Part shown: one piece after another, positions 11,689 to 21,856 of the stretch | Layout: every line of letters begins with the position of its first letter | How positions within the stretch are numbered: the stretch's first letter is position 1 | Source: Antedon mediterranea | Taxonomy: Eukaryota > Animalia > Echinodermata | DNA: 64,000 nt | Assembly: GCF_964355755.1 (NCBI RefSeq) | Contig: NC_092680.1 | Location: forward strand, 13,835,045 to 13,899,044 | Reading direction: 5' to 3' | Program-made: the position numbers and the translations under genes | The notes under the pieces: model-generated | Database searches by the model: none | What the model was told of the DNA's origin: nothing | Seen by the model: only the letters and a program-made list of their open reading frames with translations

Positions 11689-12458
11689 TGCAGCATACCA
11701 AGAAAATGGTATTGATACCTCAGGAACTGGCAAATACGACTTTGTACAGTAAACGTTACGAGAAAAATCACGAGACAATCACTTCTGGTTTAGATAATTC
11801 TATGAAGGGTATACTCGAAAGGGATGACTTGCACGATTACGATAAAATTACCATGTACAATCAAGTACTTCAACGATATTTAAATAAAGAGAAACCCGTA
11901 AATAACCCTTCACCTATGAGCTTGAACGTACAACAAACGGGGAACGTTGAAATAAACGAAAATGGCGCAGAATCTAAAGAAGATTATACGGACTCTATAT
12001 CTAAAGAAATACTACAAAGTATGCCCTCATCGTTGAAATCCAAAACAAAAACATTTCTGGACCGACTAGACCGTTACCGGAAGATGGGAGTAATTGATTG
12101 GTCAAGATACGGTGAACTACTAATCGAAGGACAAATGGTAAAGGGGAGTAATTTACTAGATTTGACTAAAGATATAATACAAGAAAAGAAAGGATTTGAG
12201 CCTATAGGCTGGAGGGATTTTATAACGGTATTGGCGAAATTGAACACCCCAGAAAGTTTGATTGGAAATCCGACGAGACGTCGTACCTTACAAAGAATTA
12301 AATCGAGCGGTACACCTCCTCACGCACTACCTAAACGAAAGAATGAGGAGGATTATGACCTCGATGACGATGATGATGAGGATGAAAAACTTACCTTTCG
12401 AGCGCCTGCCAAGAGGCGTTCAACTAGACAACCTAAACCTAAATGGTTAAATTTTTAA
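11688..12458 (+). CDS. Conserved Maverick protein of unknown function (PZ/PW-class; name uncertain)
   Basis: 256-aa ORF with KKMVLIP, K..MY.QVLQRYL, W...GEL.I.G....GSNL.DL, P.GW..F...L...N.P...IGN motifs seen in Maverick core proteins; acidic/basic tail. Confidence 0.75.
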   Translation: MQHTKKMVLIPQELANTTLYSKRYEKNHETITSGLDNSMKGILERDDLHDYDKITMYNQVLQRYLNKEKPVNNPSPMSLNVQQTGNVEINENGAESKEDYTDSISKEILQSMPSSLKSKTKTFLDRLDRYRKMGVIDWSRYGELLIEGQMVKGSNLLDLTKDIIQEKKGFEPIGWRDFITVLAKLNTPESLIGNPTRRRTLQRIKSSGTPPHALPKRKNEEDYDLDDDDDEDEKLTFRAPAKRRSTRQPKPKWLNF

Positions 12459-12597
12459 AAAACATTAATCTTTATGTACTATAATGAGGAAAGGAGTTGA
12501 ATAAAAAAAGAAATAAACTCTAATTTGTTGTTGTAGTCGTTCGATAAATAAAACGTCCAAAACATATCCATTTAAAAAAAAAAACAATTTTTATTTA

Positions 12598-13122
12598 CTA
12601 CGCATTCAATAACATTTTGACAAATTGTACTTTAATATATTCACTATCGTATACGGGTAAGTTAACATCGTATCGACGTTTTACAAAATCATTGACGAAC
12701 CAATCATTGGATGGTTTATCTTTACCAAACATATTTACTATCGTGGACGTATCCACTCTTCTACATTTATGAAGAATATAAAAAATACAATACTGTCCGC
12801 ATACCGTAGACAAGGGCGCTTGTAACGCTTTATCGTTAAATGTCCAACTTTCTACAGAGTTATCGAGAAAATTAACAAAATGATTACTATAGTAATTTGG
12901 GGGGTTCCCAAAAGAATCGAAAAATTCACCTTTGTTTAAGTTGTTAAAAAAGAAAGCTACCCAATGCGAACCGTTTTGATTGCTAGGCTCAACGTTTGCT
13001 ATGTAAGCTCTAGGATATCCCGTATGCCCTAAAGGTAACAAGTCAGACGGGTACACCCCTCGAAAGTATCCACTAGCCAACGGATCTGATTTAATTAACC
13101 TCAATAGTTGTATCGTGTTCAT
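12598..13122 (-). CDS. Adenain-like cysteine maturation protease
   Basis: GSHWVAF (His), FFDSFG (Asp), LQ...STVCGQYC (Gln/Cys); AATAAA directly after the stop. Confidence 0.93.
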   Translation of the reverse strand: MNTIQLLRLIKSDPLASGYFRGVYPSDLLPLGHTGYPRAYIANVEPSNQNGSHWVAFFFNNLNKGEFFDSFGNPPNYYSNHFVNFLDNSVESWTFNDKALQAPLSTVCGQYCIFYILHKCRRVDTSTIVNMFGKDKPSNDWFVNDFVKRRYDVNLPVYDSEYIKVQFVKMLLNA

Positions 13123-13124
13123 AA

Positions 13125-14447
13125 TTAAAAATCTATAATTACGTTACGAGACTTGTCAATTTCTATGATTGAATCAAATTCTGAATAAACTAAAATGTTG
13201 ATGGTCTCGGTCAAAGCCGTAGAAAACTGAATTTCTAAACGTATATTTCCTTGCCGAATTAGATTAAAATGTCCGGCATTTGCCAAATCGGGAGTCAGGT
13301 CAAAAGCAAACAACGAATAGCCTTTAGGATAATCGTCTCTAGAAATCTGATTTCCGGTATCCTGGAACAACGTGTTAGAACCCGAAAATAGACTCTGATA
13401 CGCCAGCATGTAGTTGCCTCCGTCTTCGAACGTTGGTTTTAACGGTTTCCACGGTACTTGCTCACCGTCAATATATAGAGCCAGGAAATTGGTGTTGAAA
13501 TGTTGAAAATTGTAGGGGTTCTTCTCGTAGCTACCGTTGAATGCTTCGGTGGTCACCAGTCCTACAACCAGACGTTTCGGTAGATTACCGTTGTACAGCG
13601 ATTCCCTCGTAAACGATAGATTCCCGCGCGGTATAGTTAATGTCTTGACCTCAACGCGACGCAGCGGGTATTTGGCCGGACCGCGTTCCAGAGCTTTTGC
13701 GTGGGCTAGCGCGATAGACGGGTTCAGTCGGACCTTGCGAACAAACAAGGACGCGTCTTCCAGGCGGATCTTAAAACCGGCCGCGGCATCTGAAGACATG
13801 AGACTAAATGCGTTTTTACTTCGATGCAGTTTAATTTTGACATCTACACCGTTGAGCATCATCCGATCTTGGAAAAATATATCGCAATGAATAGGTCCAA
13901 TCAAGTCGACAAAACGACTACCGCCAATGTATTGAGCCCGTTTTTTAAGACCTTTATTCACCGCATTTTCGGCTAGCGTAGGGTCAGCTACATCCATTTT
14001 ACCGGCCGTGTCTTTATGAAACAACCCACCCGTGAGGTGTGTATTCTTGGCATCGGATCCATAAGTCAGTAATGTTTCAATTAATGCCCTATACGAATAA
14101 GTATTTGTCGAAGGGGTAATCAATCTCTCGTTCAAAGAAACGTCAACTTCGCTAAACAATGATTGCAAAAGTAAATTGGCAGGGCCTACCGGATCGGCGG
14201 GCTGGAGATCGGTTCCGTCTTGTTTAGTAATTTTTAGTTTAACATTAAGCATCGTCTGCGACAAATCCATGTATTCCTCGCTGGACCCTTGTATGTTGAA
14301 TTGCAAGGGGCCCACGTCGGTGATGCTGTTGAAAGGGTGATATTGCACCCATTGTCCTTTGGTTATACTAGTTTGTGTCGGCGGTACAGAAAACAAGTCC
14401 AATTCCGATTTTAAACACTCGCACGAGTGATTGTGTACAAAAGCCAT
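13125..14447 (-). CDS. Double jelly-roll major capsid protein
   Basis: 440 aa; KSELDLFSVPPTQTSI N-terminus, YSYRALIETLL, NPYNFQHF and FAFDLTPD motifs typical of Polinton MCP. Confidence 0.93.
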   Translation of the reverse strand: MAFVHNHSCECLKSELDLFSVPPTQTSITKGQWVQYHPFNSITDVGPLQFNIQGSSEEYMDLSQTMLNVKLKITKQDGTDLQPADPVGPANLLLQSLFSEVDVSLNERLITPSTNTYSYRALIETLLTYGSDAKNTHLTGGLFHKDTAGKMDVADPTLAENAVNKGLKKRAQYIGGSRFVDLIGPIHCDIFFQDRMMLNGVDVKIKLHRSKNAFSLMSSDAAAGFKIRLEDASLFVRKVRLNPSIALAHAKALERGPAKYPLRRVEVKTLTIPRGNLSFTRESLYNGNLPKRLVVGLVTTEAFNGSYEKNPYNFQHFNTNFLALYIDGEQVPWKPLKPTFEDGGNYMLAYQSLFSGSNTLFQDTGNQISRDDYPKGYSLFAFDLTPDLANAGHFNLIRQGNIRLEIQFSTALTETINILVYSEFDSIIEIDKSRNVIIDF

Positions 14448-14450
14448 TTT

Positions 14451-14837
14451 TTAGATATCGAATATATCGGAGGATCTTCTTACTCTCTTTGCGTTCGATC
14501 GACTGATGCCTTTACGCTTACGTTTTCTCTTTTTATTCACCCTACCGTTACCATTTTGGGAAACGATACGTTGACCCGCCTGAGTAAATCTGCGTTTTGC
14601 AGCTTGTTTAACGTTTTTACCGCTCAGAACATCTCCCACTAATTCGCCACCCGTGCGCAATGCTTGTTTTCCGAGAGCCTTTGCACCTTTCTTTAGCAGC
14701 GGTACAGCCTGTTTAAAGAGACCGGACAAGATACCTCCCAACCCGAACCCTCTTTGATTGTACGACCCTTGGAACACCGGTATATCGATACCTCCAGCCT
14801 GTCTGACGTAGTAATCTTCGTAATCATCTGCCCCCAT
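14451..14837 (-). CDS. Basic core/membrane-penetration precursor protein (adenovirus pVI/pVII-analogous)
   Basis: YEDYYVRQAGG, QRGFG-LGGILSGLFKQAVPLLKKG amphipathic helix, and a K/R-rich tail; lies between mCP and MCP. Confidence 0.78.
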   Translation of the reverse strand: MGADDYEDYYVRQAGGIDIPVFQGSYNQRGFGLGGILSGLFKQAVPLLKKGAKALGKQALRTGGELVGDVLSGKNVKQAAKRRFTQAGQRIVSQNGNGRVNKKRKRKRKGISRSNAKRVRRSSDIFDI

Positions 14838-14861
14838 CTTTATTTATTTGTTGTTGTTTTT

Positions 14862-15638
14862 TTAAACGAGGTACGACGATCTGGCCTGTCTGAAATGTAG
14901 TTTAGCGAGAACCCTTCCTCGTTGAAATGATACCTTTTCTCCCGTGTCGTTTCTTATATCTATAAGGATGGTATCGATATCTTTTTTCACCACCCTTTTG
15001 TATTGAGGACTAGCAAACGTATGTCCGACATTTTTCTTCATGTTTGATTCTCTGGTTTGTAGCGCTTTCAAAATAGGGACGCTCGCGTCTCCAACTCGTT
15101 GAGATTCGATTATATCGGTGTACAAAAACAACGTCGGCACTCTGTGATGAATGTACGCGGGTCTAGAACCGTGTGTAATAGATCCTCGGGGAATCGATGA
15201 TTCGTCCATACCGAGTAATATGGGTAATCCATTTAATAGCGTAACTGATGCTTCTTTGGCGGTTTCCACGTTAATCACTTCTTTAATTGAGCTGAACCGA
15301 AATCTCACTTTGGACTGTAACGACTTTGAAACCAAAACCTCGTTAAGAGCATCAATCACTTTACCTCCGGTTGAATAAAACCCTGGGGCTATAGCTATTT
15401 CGATCGACGAGTCTTCTTCTTCTAATTCGTTATCTCTTATATTCACCAGCAATTTATTGTTGGTATCGTCGACGTTATACCAAGTGTGGGGATAATAAAT
15501 TTCACTTAAACCAACCTCCCATTCACCGTACAAATGAATAGGCTCCGCCAGCTTGGTCGTGTATCTCGTAAGAGTATTTTCGGGAAAACAGTTCATGGAA
15601 CTGTTGCTAGGTAAGAGGACGTAAAACTGAGCCGTCAT
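14862..15638 (-). CDS. Minor capsid (penton) protein
   Basis: FYVLLPSNSS...FPENT, L.GEWEVGLSEI.YP, YTDII..Q.VGD and LHFR motifs; start set at ATG 15638. Confidence 0.9.
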   Translation of the reverse strand: MTAQFYVLLPSNSSMNCFPENTLTRYTTKLAEPIHLYGEWEVGLSEIYYPHTWYNVDDTNNKLLVNIRDNELEEEDSSIEIAIAPGFYSTGGKVIDALNEVLVSKSLQSKVRFRFSSIKEVINVETAKEASVTLLNGLPILLGMDESSIPRGSITHGSRPAYIHHRVPTLFLYTDIIESQRVGDASVPILKALQTRESNMKKNVGHTFASPQYKRVVKKDIDTILIDIRNDTGEKVSFQRGRVLAKLHFRQARSSYLV

Positions 15639-15643
15639 GATGT

Positions 15644-16702
15644 TTACCGGGCAATATTCTGAACCCAACTGTTGAACTTGGCCGGATAACCTAACCACTT
15701 AACGAAATATTCCGTTTTCCCTCCTCGTTTTCTTTTCTTTATTACTTCTTCCACGCGATACGTATCCTTGTCGCTTTTGGATACTTTTTGCAATTCCTTT
15801 TCGTAAAAAGTACCTTCTATGATTTCGCCGTCCCAATCCTCCAGTTTATATGTGGGAACGGTCGAACCGGTACGCTTACGTATCCTAAATATCTCCTCCG
15901 TCCAGTTTGCCAGGTAACCTTTCTCGAAAGGCATTTTGTATCTACTTATTCGTACTTTATTACCCTCTTTGAACTTGGGCCGAACTTGTTTCTTTTGCTT
16001 CATTTTATACAGATTTTCCCAAACTTCATGTTCGTTATCTTTTGTAACCTGTGAGGGCGCCATACCGATTGATCTGTGTTTAGAATTATTGTAACTCGAT
16101 ACCAATTTTGGAAGTACGTCTATATATTTTCGCGTAGCTTTTGATGTAAAGTATCTCCACATCCTAGTTTTCAACGATCTATTGAATCTTTCCACGACGC
16201 TAGCTTTTGTTTCGTTATTGGTAGTGAAAAAATGTATATTCAACGATTTTAGGAGCGCTTGAACTTTACGATTAGTAAACTCTGTACCTTTATCAGTGTG
16301 AATTTTTAATGGCTTTCTTTTTCCAGATAATAGTTTTTTCATAGCAGTAAGCATAGAATCGGCAGATTTATTCTTTATAGGTAAAACCCATGCATATTTA
16401 CTTAGTACGTCTATACACGTAATAAGAAACGTGTTTTGTTTATTATACTTTTTTAAAGAAGACAAGTCAACGAGATCCAATTCCCACTGCTCGTCAATAG
16501 CTGTAACAAACACCCTGTTTCTCTGAAAACGTCTTTGAATAGGTTTATGAAGAGTGTACGTATCTTGTTTTTCTAACCAGTCTTGAACGTCAGTCTTTGA
16601 AATATTAGAGTCATTTTTCACGTTTGTATAAAGTCGATCGACAACCCCGAAACTACCAGGGTTTTTTGGGTCGTAGTACGTAGAACTTAATAGTCTGTCC
16701 AT
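15644..16702 (-). CDS. Retroviral-like DDE integrase with C-terminal chromodomain
   Basis: ELDLVD, HTDKGTEF and VERFNR triad; chromodomain YRVEEVIK...YFVKWLGYPAKFNSWV. An alternative in-frame ATG lies at 16738. Confidence 0.95.
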   Translation of the reverse strand: MDRLLSSTYYDPKNPGSFGVVDRLYTNVKNDSNISKTDVQDWLEKQDTYTLHKPIQRRFQRNRVFVTAIDEQWELDLVDLSSLKKYNKQNTFLITCIDVLSKYAWVLPIKNKSADSMLTAMKKLLSGKRKPLKIHTDKGTEFTNRKVQALLKSLNIHFFTTNNETKASVVERFNRSLKTRMWRYFTSKATRKYIDVLPKLVSSYNNSKHRSIGMAPSQVTKDNEHEVWENLYKMKQKKQVRPKFKEGNKVRISRYKMPFEKGYLANWTEEIFRIRKRTGSTVPTYKLEDWDGEIIEGTFYEKELQKVSKSDKDTYRVEEVIKKRKRGGKTEYFVKWLGYPAKFNSWVQNIAR

Positions 16703-16988
16703 AACTCTCCCACTCGTTGAAATGAAACACTCACACATAAAACATTACTTTTTAAAAAAGAACAACAACATTTTTTTTTTGTAAATTACCAAACAATATT
16801 TTTTATTAACACACCGCACGAATCAAATATAGTACAATTGGAAATATAGTTTACATACATTTGGTTTACTAATACTTTTTAAAATAATTGCAAGTAATTA
16901 GAATAATCGTGAAAATAAAAGAATACAAATAAATTGTAAATGGCGTCGGTAAACAAATAATTTGATTTATAGTTCATTGTTAAGAAAG

Positions 16989-17804
16989 TTATTTCAACAT
17001 TGATGTAGGCCTGCGTCCTCCGTTATCGTTTTCGTCAACACCACCGTCGACGGTAACTGCTTTATCAACCTCTTCAATCATCTTTTGTATTTCACCGTGT
17101 TGTTCGATTAACTTGTACCACTGTTTTTTTGGAAGGTTTATACCCTTTTTGCCGGGTTTAAACTCGCCTCCTTCTTCGGCCTGGTAACAACGGCGAATAC
17201 ATACAAACTGCTCTTCTTTCCAGTTACTAACTATCACATGTATTATAGGTGTGTCCGAAAGAGGGATTCTTACTGCCTCCACCAAGTTAATGTCTCTTTG
17301 CAAATCGTCTAGGGCTTGAAGAATTAAATCAATATTGGTAAAAAGTTTTTGCCACAACAGAACGGGTAAATTAATACCTACAGGCCCAGGTTTGAAGGCA
17401 CCATTTTCTTCCGTTTGATAAAATTCTCTGAGGCAAACATAAACAACTTCACCCCAACGCTGGGCCACTACATGGCGTTTTTCAGACAGAAAAATCCTGT
17501 TTGTTGAGGTTATTGTAATCTTTGGTTCAGCACCGGTCATTTCGGCATAATCCTTGGCGCTCATTCCTGAGGCAGAGTGAAATGTTTTTTTACTTGTTGA
17601 CGGCTTCGTTGCTTTACTCAAATCGTTAGATTGACCGTTGAAAAATTTTCTAGGATCCAATAATTTCGAGGAGTTAGAAGTCATCGTTGGTACTTTAAAA
17701 CTGCTACACTCGTCAGTTTTGGAGTTCCCCATAACTCTTTTCATAGTCCTACGAGCCTTCTCACCAATTGCTAATTTTGGAGCAGGTACGTTTTTGAAAC
17801 TCAT
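16989..17804 (-). CDS. Protein with two tandem PC4/Sub1-like ssDNA-binding domains
   Basis: Two repeats, VCLREFYQTEENGAFKPGPVGINLPVLLW and VCIRRCYQAEEGGEFKPGKKGINLPKKQW, match the PC4 pattern IDIREYW...GEMKPGRKGISL...QW; S/T/K-rich N-terminus. Confidence 0.82.
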   Translation of the reverse strand: MSFKNVPAPKLAIGEKARRTMKRVMGNSKTDECSSFKVPTMTSNSSKLLDPRKFFNGQSNDLSKATKPSTSKKTFHSASGMSAKDYAEMTGAEPKITITSTNRIFLSEKRHVVAQRWGEVVYVCLREFYQTEENGAFKPGPVGINLPVLLWQKLFTNIDLILQALDDLQRDINLVEAVRIPLSDTPIIHVIVSNWKEEQFVCIRRCYQAEEGGEFKPGKKGINLPKKQWYKLIEQHGEIQKMIEEVDKAVTVDGGVDENDNGGRRPTSMLK

Positions 17805-18060
17805 GTTGAGCGATTGTATGTAGAGTGATGTACAGAGAGAGTAAAACGAATGATGGTTGATAGTTCTGAATGATTTCGTTTGAATCAGGTCCGATATATA
17901 TACAGTTGAGTACGGAAGTACTTTTTTAAAAGTAATTAGCCTAAAGCGTTGTTAATTGTTTTTCCTATCAATTGTCTCCCTACAACACGTGCGGCTTAAA
18001 GCATTGTTAATTGTTTGTTTTCCGGTCAATCGTTTTTCCGTGGCACGTGCGAAACACGTT

Positions 18061-18612
18061 TTAGATATCCTCACACAATAACTTATACAGGTTCTCTGAA
18101 TTAGTCAAGGTATTTACGAGAAAGTAAACAAAATGTCTATACCGTGGTAATGAATATTCCTCGTACTTATTCAGCTCGCTGTATACGGTATCGTCTGTAA
18201 CATACTCTTTATCCAGAACCTCCCGATAAAAATAGTCAATCTGTTCTTCTGGAGATTTCATTAAACAAAAGTCATGATCTTTTTGACCAGGCCTATCAAA
18301 TTCGCAACCATAACAAGCCGCTTTACTTAACATCCAGCACATGTTTAACACTTGAGAAACAAACACTTCTCTGGCTAAATATTCCAATTTCAATAAAAAT
18401 TCTCTCTCTACCTCATCTACGTACGTAAATATACAACTTGTAGCCCGGCTACCCCTCTCAACTCCTTCATCAACACCGGCGGGTACACCCTCATTGGTCC
18501 GCATGTACCGATCACCGATATCGCTACCTGTAACAACAGTCTCCTCATCATCGCTAATAATTATAACTGTATCTACACAGCTACCTAACGAAAAATCTAT
18601 ACTTCCAGACAT
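18061..18612 (-). CDS. Acidic Maverick accessory protein with SIM-like motif and C-x2-C-x9-H-x2-C motif
   Basis: 183-aa ORF starting at ATG next to the right TIR; VIIISDDEE and CYGCEFDRPGQKDHDFC. Confidence 0.7.
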   Translation of the reverse strand: MSGSIDFSLGSCVDTVIIISDDEETVVTGSDIGDRYMRTNEGVPAGVDEGVERGSRATSCIFTYVDEVEREFLLKLEYLAREVFVSQVLNMCWMLSKAACYGCEFDRPGQKDHDFCLMKSPEEQIDYFYREVLDKEYVTDDTVYSELNKYEEYSLPRYRHFVYFLVNTLTNSENLYKLLCEDI

Positions 18613-18780
18613 AGCGAAATACTGTAACTCTACGATAAAATAGACGAAATAACTGGAAAGGTCACAAAAAGCAGTCCCTCTTCATACAATGTCTAAAAAG
18701 AAACGGCTCTAAAATATAAAAACAAAACTATTGTACCAAACAAAAAGAACAATGAACAAAAGAAATTAGGAAATACTAAA

Positions 18781-19414
18781 CAAAGGTGACCTATGCAATG
18801 GTCAAACCGCCTAAAAATAACAATAGCAATCCTCAAACAAAGAACTGCCTTCACTAGTATATTTAAAATACAAATTCATCACCAGCTACAATTATAACCC
18901 CAGGCCAAAACAAAAACCCCGCCAAAATAACAAACCCCCTTCTCTAACAAAGAATGACCTTTCGCTAATTAATATTACAATAACAGGAAATTAAACAATA
19001 GAAAATAAATTATATACCCTGAGGATATGACATTCCTTTCCGGCCTGGTACAAATAATGACCTTTCACTAATTATTATTACAATACCTGGAAATTAAACA
19101 ATAGAAATATGAAATATACCCTGGGGGTATGACATTCCATTCGGGTCTGGTACAAAGAGTGACCTTTCACTAATTATTATTACAATACCTGGAAATTAAA
19201 CAATAGAAATATGAAATATACCCTGGGGGTATGACATTCCATTCGGGTCTGGTACAAAGAGTGACCTTTCACTAATTATTATTACAATACCTGGAAATTA
19301 AACAATAGAAATATGAAATATGCCCTAGGGGTATGACATTCCATTCGGGTCTGGAATACTCCTGCCCTGGGGGTATGACCTTCCATTTTGGACTGTATTC
19401 CCTCTACCTCTACT
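18781..19414 (-). repeat. Maverick right TIR (~634 bp, four ~102-bp internal units)
   Basis: Reverse complement of 3795-4224 plus two extra 102-bp units; ends CCCTCTACCTCTACT. Confidence 0.93.
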
Positions 19415-19514
19415 TATATAGTATTGGTGCTCTTTCTTTGGCTACGGTACCCTAGGGGGGAAAGAGCGTTTTAGACCAGCCACAAACACATATACACAAG
19501 GCTGTGGTAGGCGT

Positions 19515-19890
19515 AAGTTGATTGGTGGAATGTCAATATTTATTACGTTTAATCATGTGACACGTCATCATAACGAGGCGAGACACATTATAATGTGTGC
19601 GCATTGTCCGCGTTCGTTTAAAAGGTGCGGACATTGACTATGTAGGCCAATAGAATGTGGATTTCCGTAAGTTGATTGGTGGAATGTTTGTGAATATTTG
19701 AAGACGTTTGTCATGTGACACGTCTTCATAATGAGGCTATCATTCATAGGCGTATACGTACGCAGTGACGGTGTGCGTTTATACACATCAACAAGTGTAT
19801 ACGTACGGATATTGAATGTGTAGGCCGATCGGATTGGTTTGTGAATATTTTACTGTGTTTGTCATGTGACACGTTTTCATAACCAGGCTG
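19515..19890. repeat. Degenerate ~155-bp tandem repeat (3 copies)
   Basis: GATTGGT...TCATGTGACACGT recurs (TCATGTGACACGT at ~19553, ~19712, ~19862). Confidence 0.65.
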
Positions 19891-21009
19891 TCATCACAAT
19901 GTGTACGCAATGACATACACGTGAGAATGTGTGTATACGCTTAAGCCTACTACATACAGAAAATGTGTAATATTTTATATTATACAATTATTGCAGGTTT
20001 CAGATGATGTATTATTTCTTAAAATGACTTCCAATGAATTGTAATAAAAGTTTTTACGAGATAATAAAAGATGAGAATTGATGAATTATTATTTTAAAAG
20101 TATTTTTACATCGATTAAGCATATTTGAATACCTACCGGTATGGTACCATACATGTTCGACAATACAGTGTCGTTTATCTCTCTTTAAAAAAAAACAATA
20201 TTCATAAAAAAAAATATTCTTTGAGGTTCGAACCCCAGCCGATAGCACTCAAAACTGTGCATTATCCGTTACGCCACCAAGTACATGACTGAAAAGCTGA
20301 TTTATTTTAAACAGTTTGGTATGCCGTGCGTTGTTATGCAAATGAGTTTGTGCAGGTGTAATGGAGAAGATGGTATTGTTAGTCCTACGCGGTGAACACG
20401 CGACACTAATTAAATTTAAAAGTTAAATTTTGATTTTGTTAATCTTTATTAGAAATTCAAATCATGTAAAGATACAATTTTCCGGACGGGAATCTAGAAG
20501 CTCCCCTTCTTTAGTTTGCAAAAGTAATCTTGAAAAAAACCCCATGCGGAAAAGAAGCTTACCCGTTAAAAAGAAGCCAACCTTCCCAAGAGTACTAAAA
20601 ATGAGGAACACATGGGCTCTTTTTGGGGTTTTATGGTGTCTATTTAATGGAAAAGTGAATGCCATACAAAATTTAAAAAAAAAACCAAACAATATTCATA
20701 AAAAAATATCCGTCGAGGTTTGAACCCCAGCTGATAGCACTCAAAACTGAGCATTACCCGTTGCACCACAAACTGAAACATGACTGAACAGTTGATAATA
20801 GTCTATTTATACGTGTATTACGTAATTGATTAAGCATATTTGAATACCTACCGGTATGGTACCATACGTGTTCGACAATACAGTGTCACATATCTCTCTT
20901 TAAAAAAAAAACAATGTTCATAAAAAAAAAATATTCGTCGATGTTTGAACCCCAGCCGATAGCACTCAAAACGGAGCATTACCCGTTGCGCCACTACATG
21001 ACTGAAAAG

Positions 21010-21769
21010 TTCAGTTCAGATAATATTTATTTAGATAATAATGAATGAATATATACAAAATAGAAAAAAGATATTAAAGTGAACATAGATAAAGCAGTAA
21101 TTGGTAGTCATTATTATCATGGATCCCTTCTAGAAGTTAAAAACTTGTCTCATAGGGACCCACAACAAAACACATTACTAAAAAAATGAAAATAACCTAG
21201 AATATAAAATTATATAATTTAGGATAAAAAATTACAGTATAATAACATAACTAACATCTTCTTTATAAAAATTGTTTAAATTATATTTCAATAGTTTCAT
21301 GATAATTATAAATGAAATAACTACCGATATTGGTAAATGAAAAAAAAAAAAATATGTATACATAAATTATAATTCCAGTATATATAGTATATACTATATA
21401 TACATTATATATAGTATAGATTAAAGATTGCAATAATAAACAACAACTAATATTTTGTGTAAGACATAAATAGTATACGAGTATAAATAATGATAATAAG
21501 CATATTAACTAAGCAGTATAATATTTAGATATATAATGATTCTTTAACTTTTTTCGGAAAGTAAATAATGATATTGACGTTTTGATATTTGGTGGGATAT
21601 GATTCCACAAATTAGGACCTGATATAGTTATAAAAAATTTAGTTTTAGTAAGTCTAGCAAAAGGAATGTTTAAATGAGAAGTTCTTAAATTGTAATTGTG
21701 AAATTTGGTACGTTTACAGAGCATATCAATCATAGAAATAGGAAGTTGGTTTTTAAAATAATTAAACAT
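21010..21769 (-). mobile_element. 5'-truncated LINE 3' end inserted in the repeat array
   Basis: ORF2 C-terminal motifs HNYNLR and GPNLWN..P..IK; (CTGAA)n-type tail; interrupts the array consensus ACTGAA.AG.TGATAATA with a probable short AAAAG TSD. Confidence 0.7.
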
Positions 21770-21856
21770 AAAAGCTGATAATATTCTATTTATACGTGTA
21801 TTACGTAATTGATCATTACGTAATAAATATCCTATTAAACTTGCTAAAACAAATAT

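Larger units (their letters stand above)
3795..19414. mobile_element. Full-length Maverick/Polinton (adintovirus-like endogenous dsDNA virus), 15,620 bp
   Basis: 5'-AG...CT-3' termini, long TIRs, 6-bp TSD TATATA (3789-3794 and 19415-19420), and a complete core gene set (pPolB, ATPase, PRO, MCP, mCP, INT) with uninterrupted ORFs. Confidence 0.97.

Noticed and set aside
5447-17823. Short antisense or overlapping ORFs inside Maverick genes (e.g. 5447-5914, 10055-10363, 13537-13890, 15788-16054)
   Set aside because: Shadow frames of real genes with no recognisable motifs.
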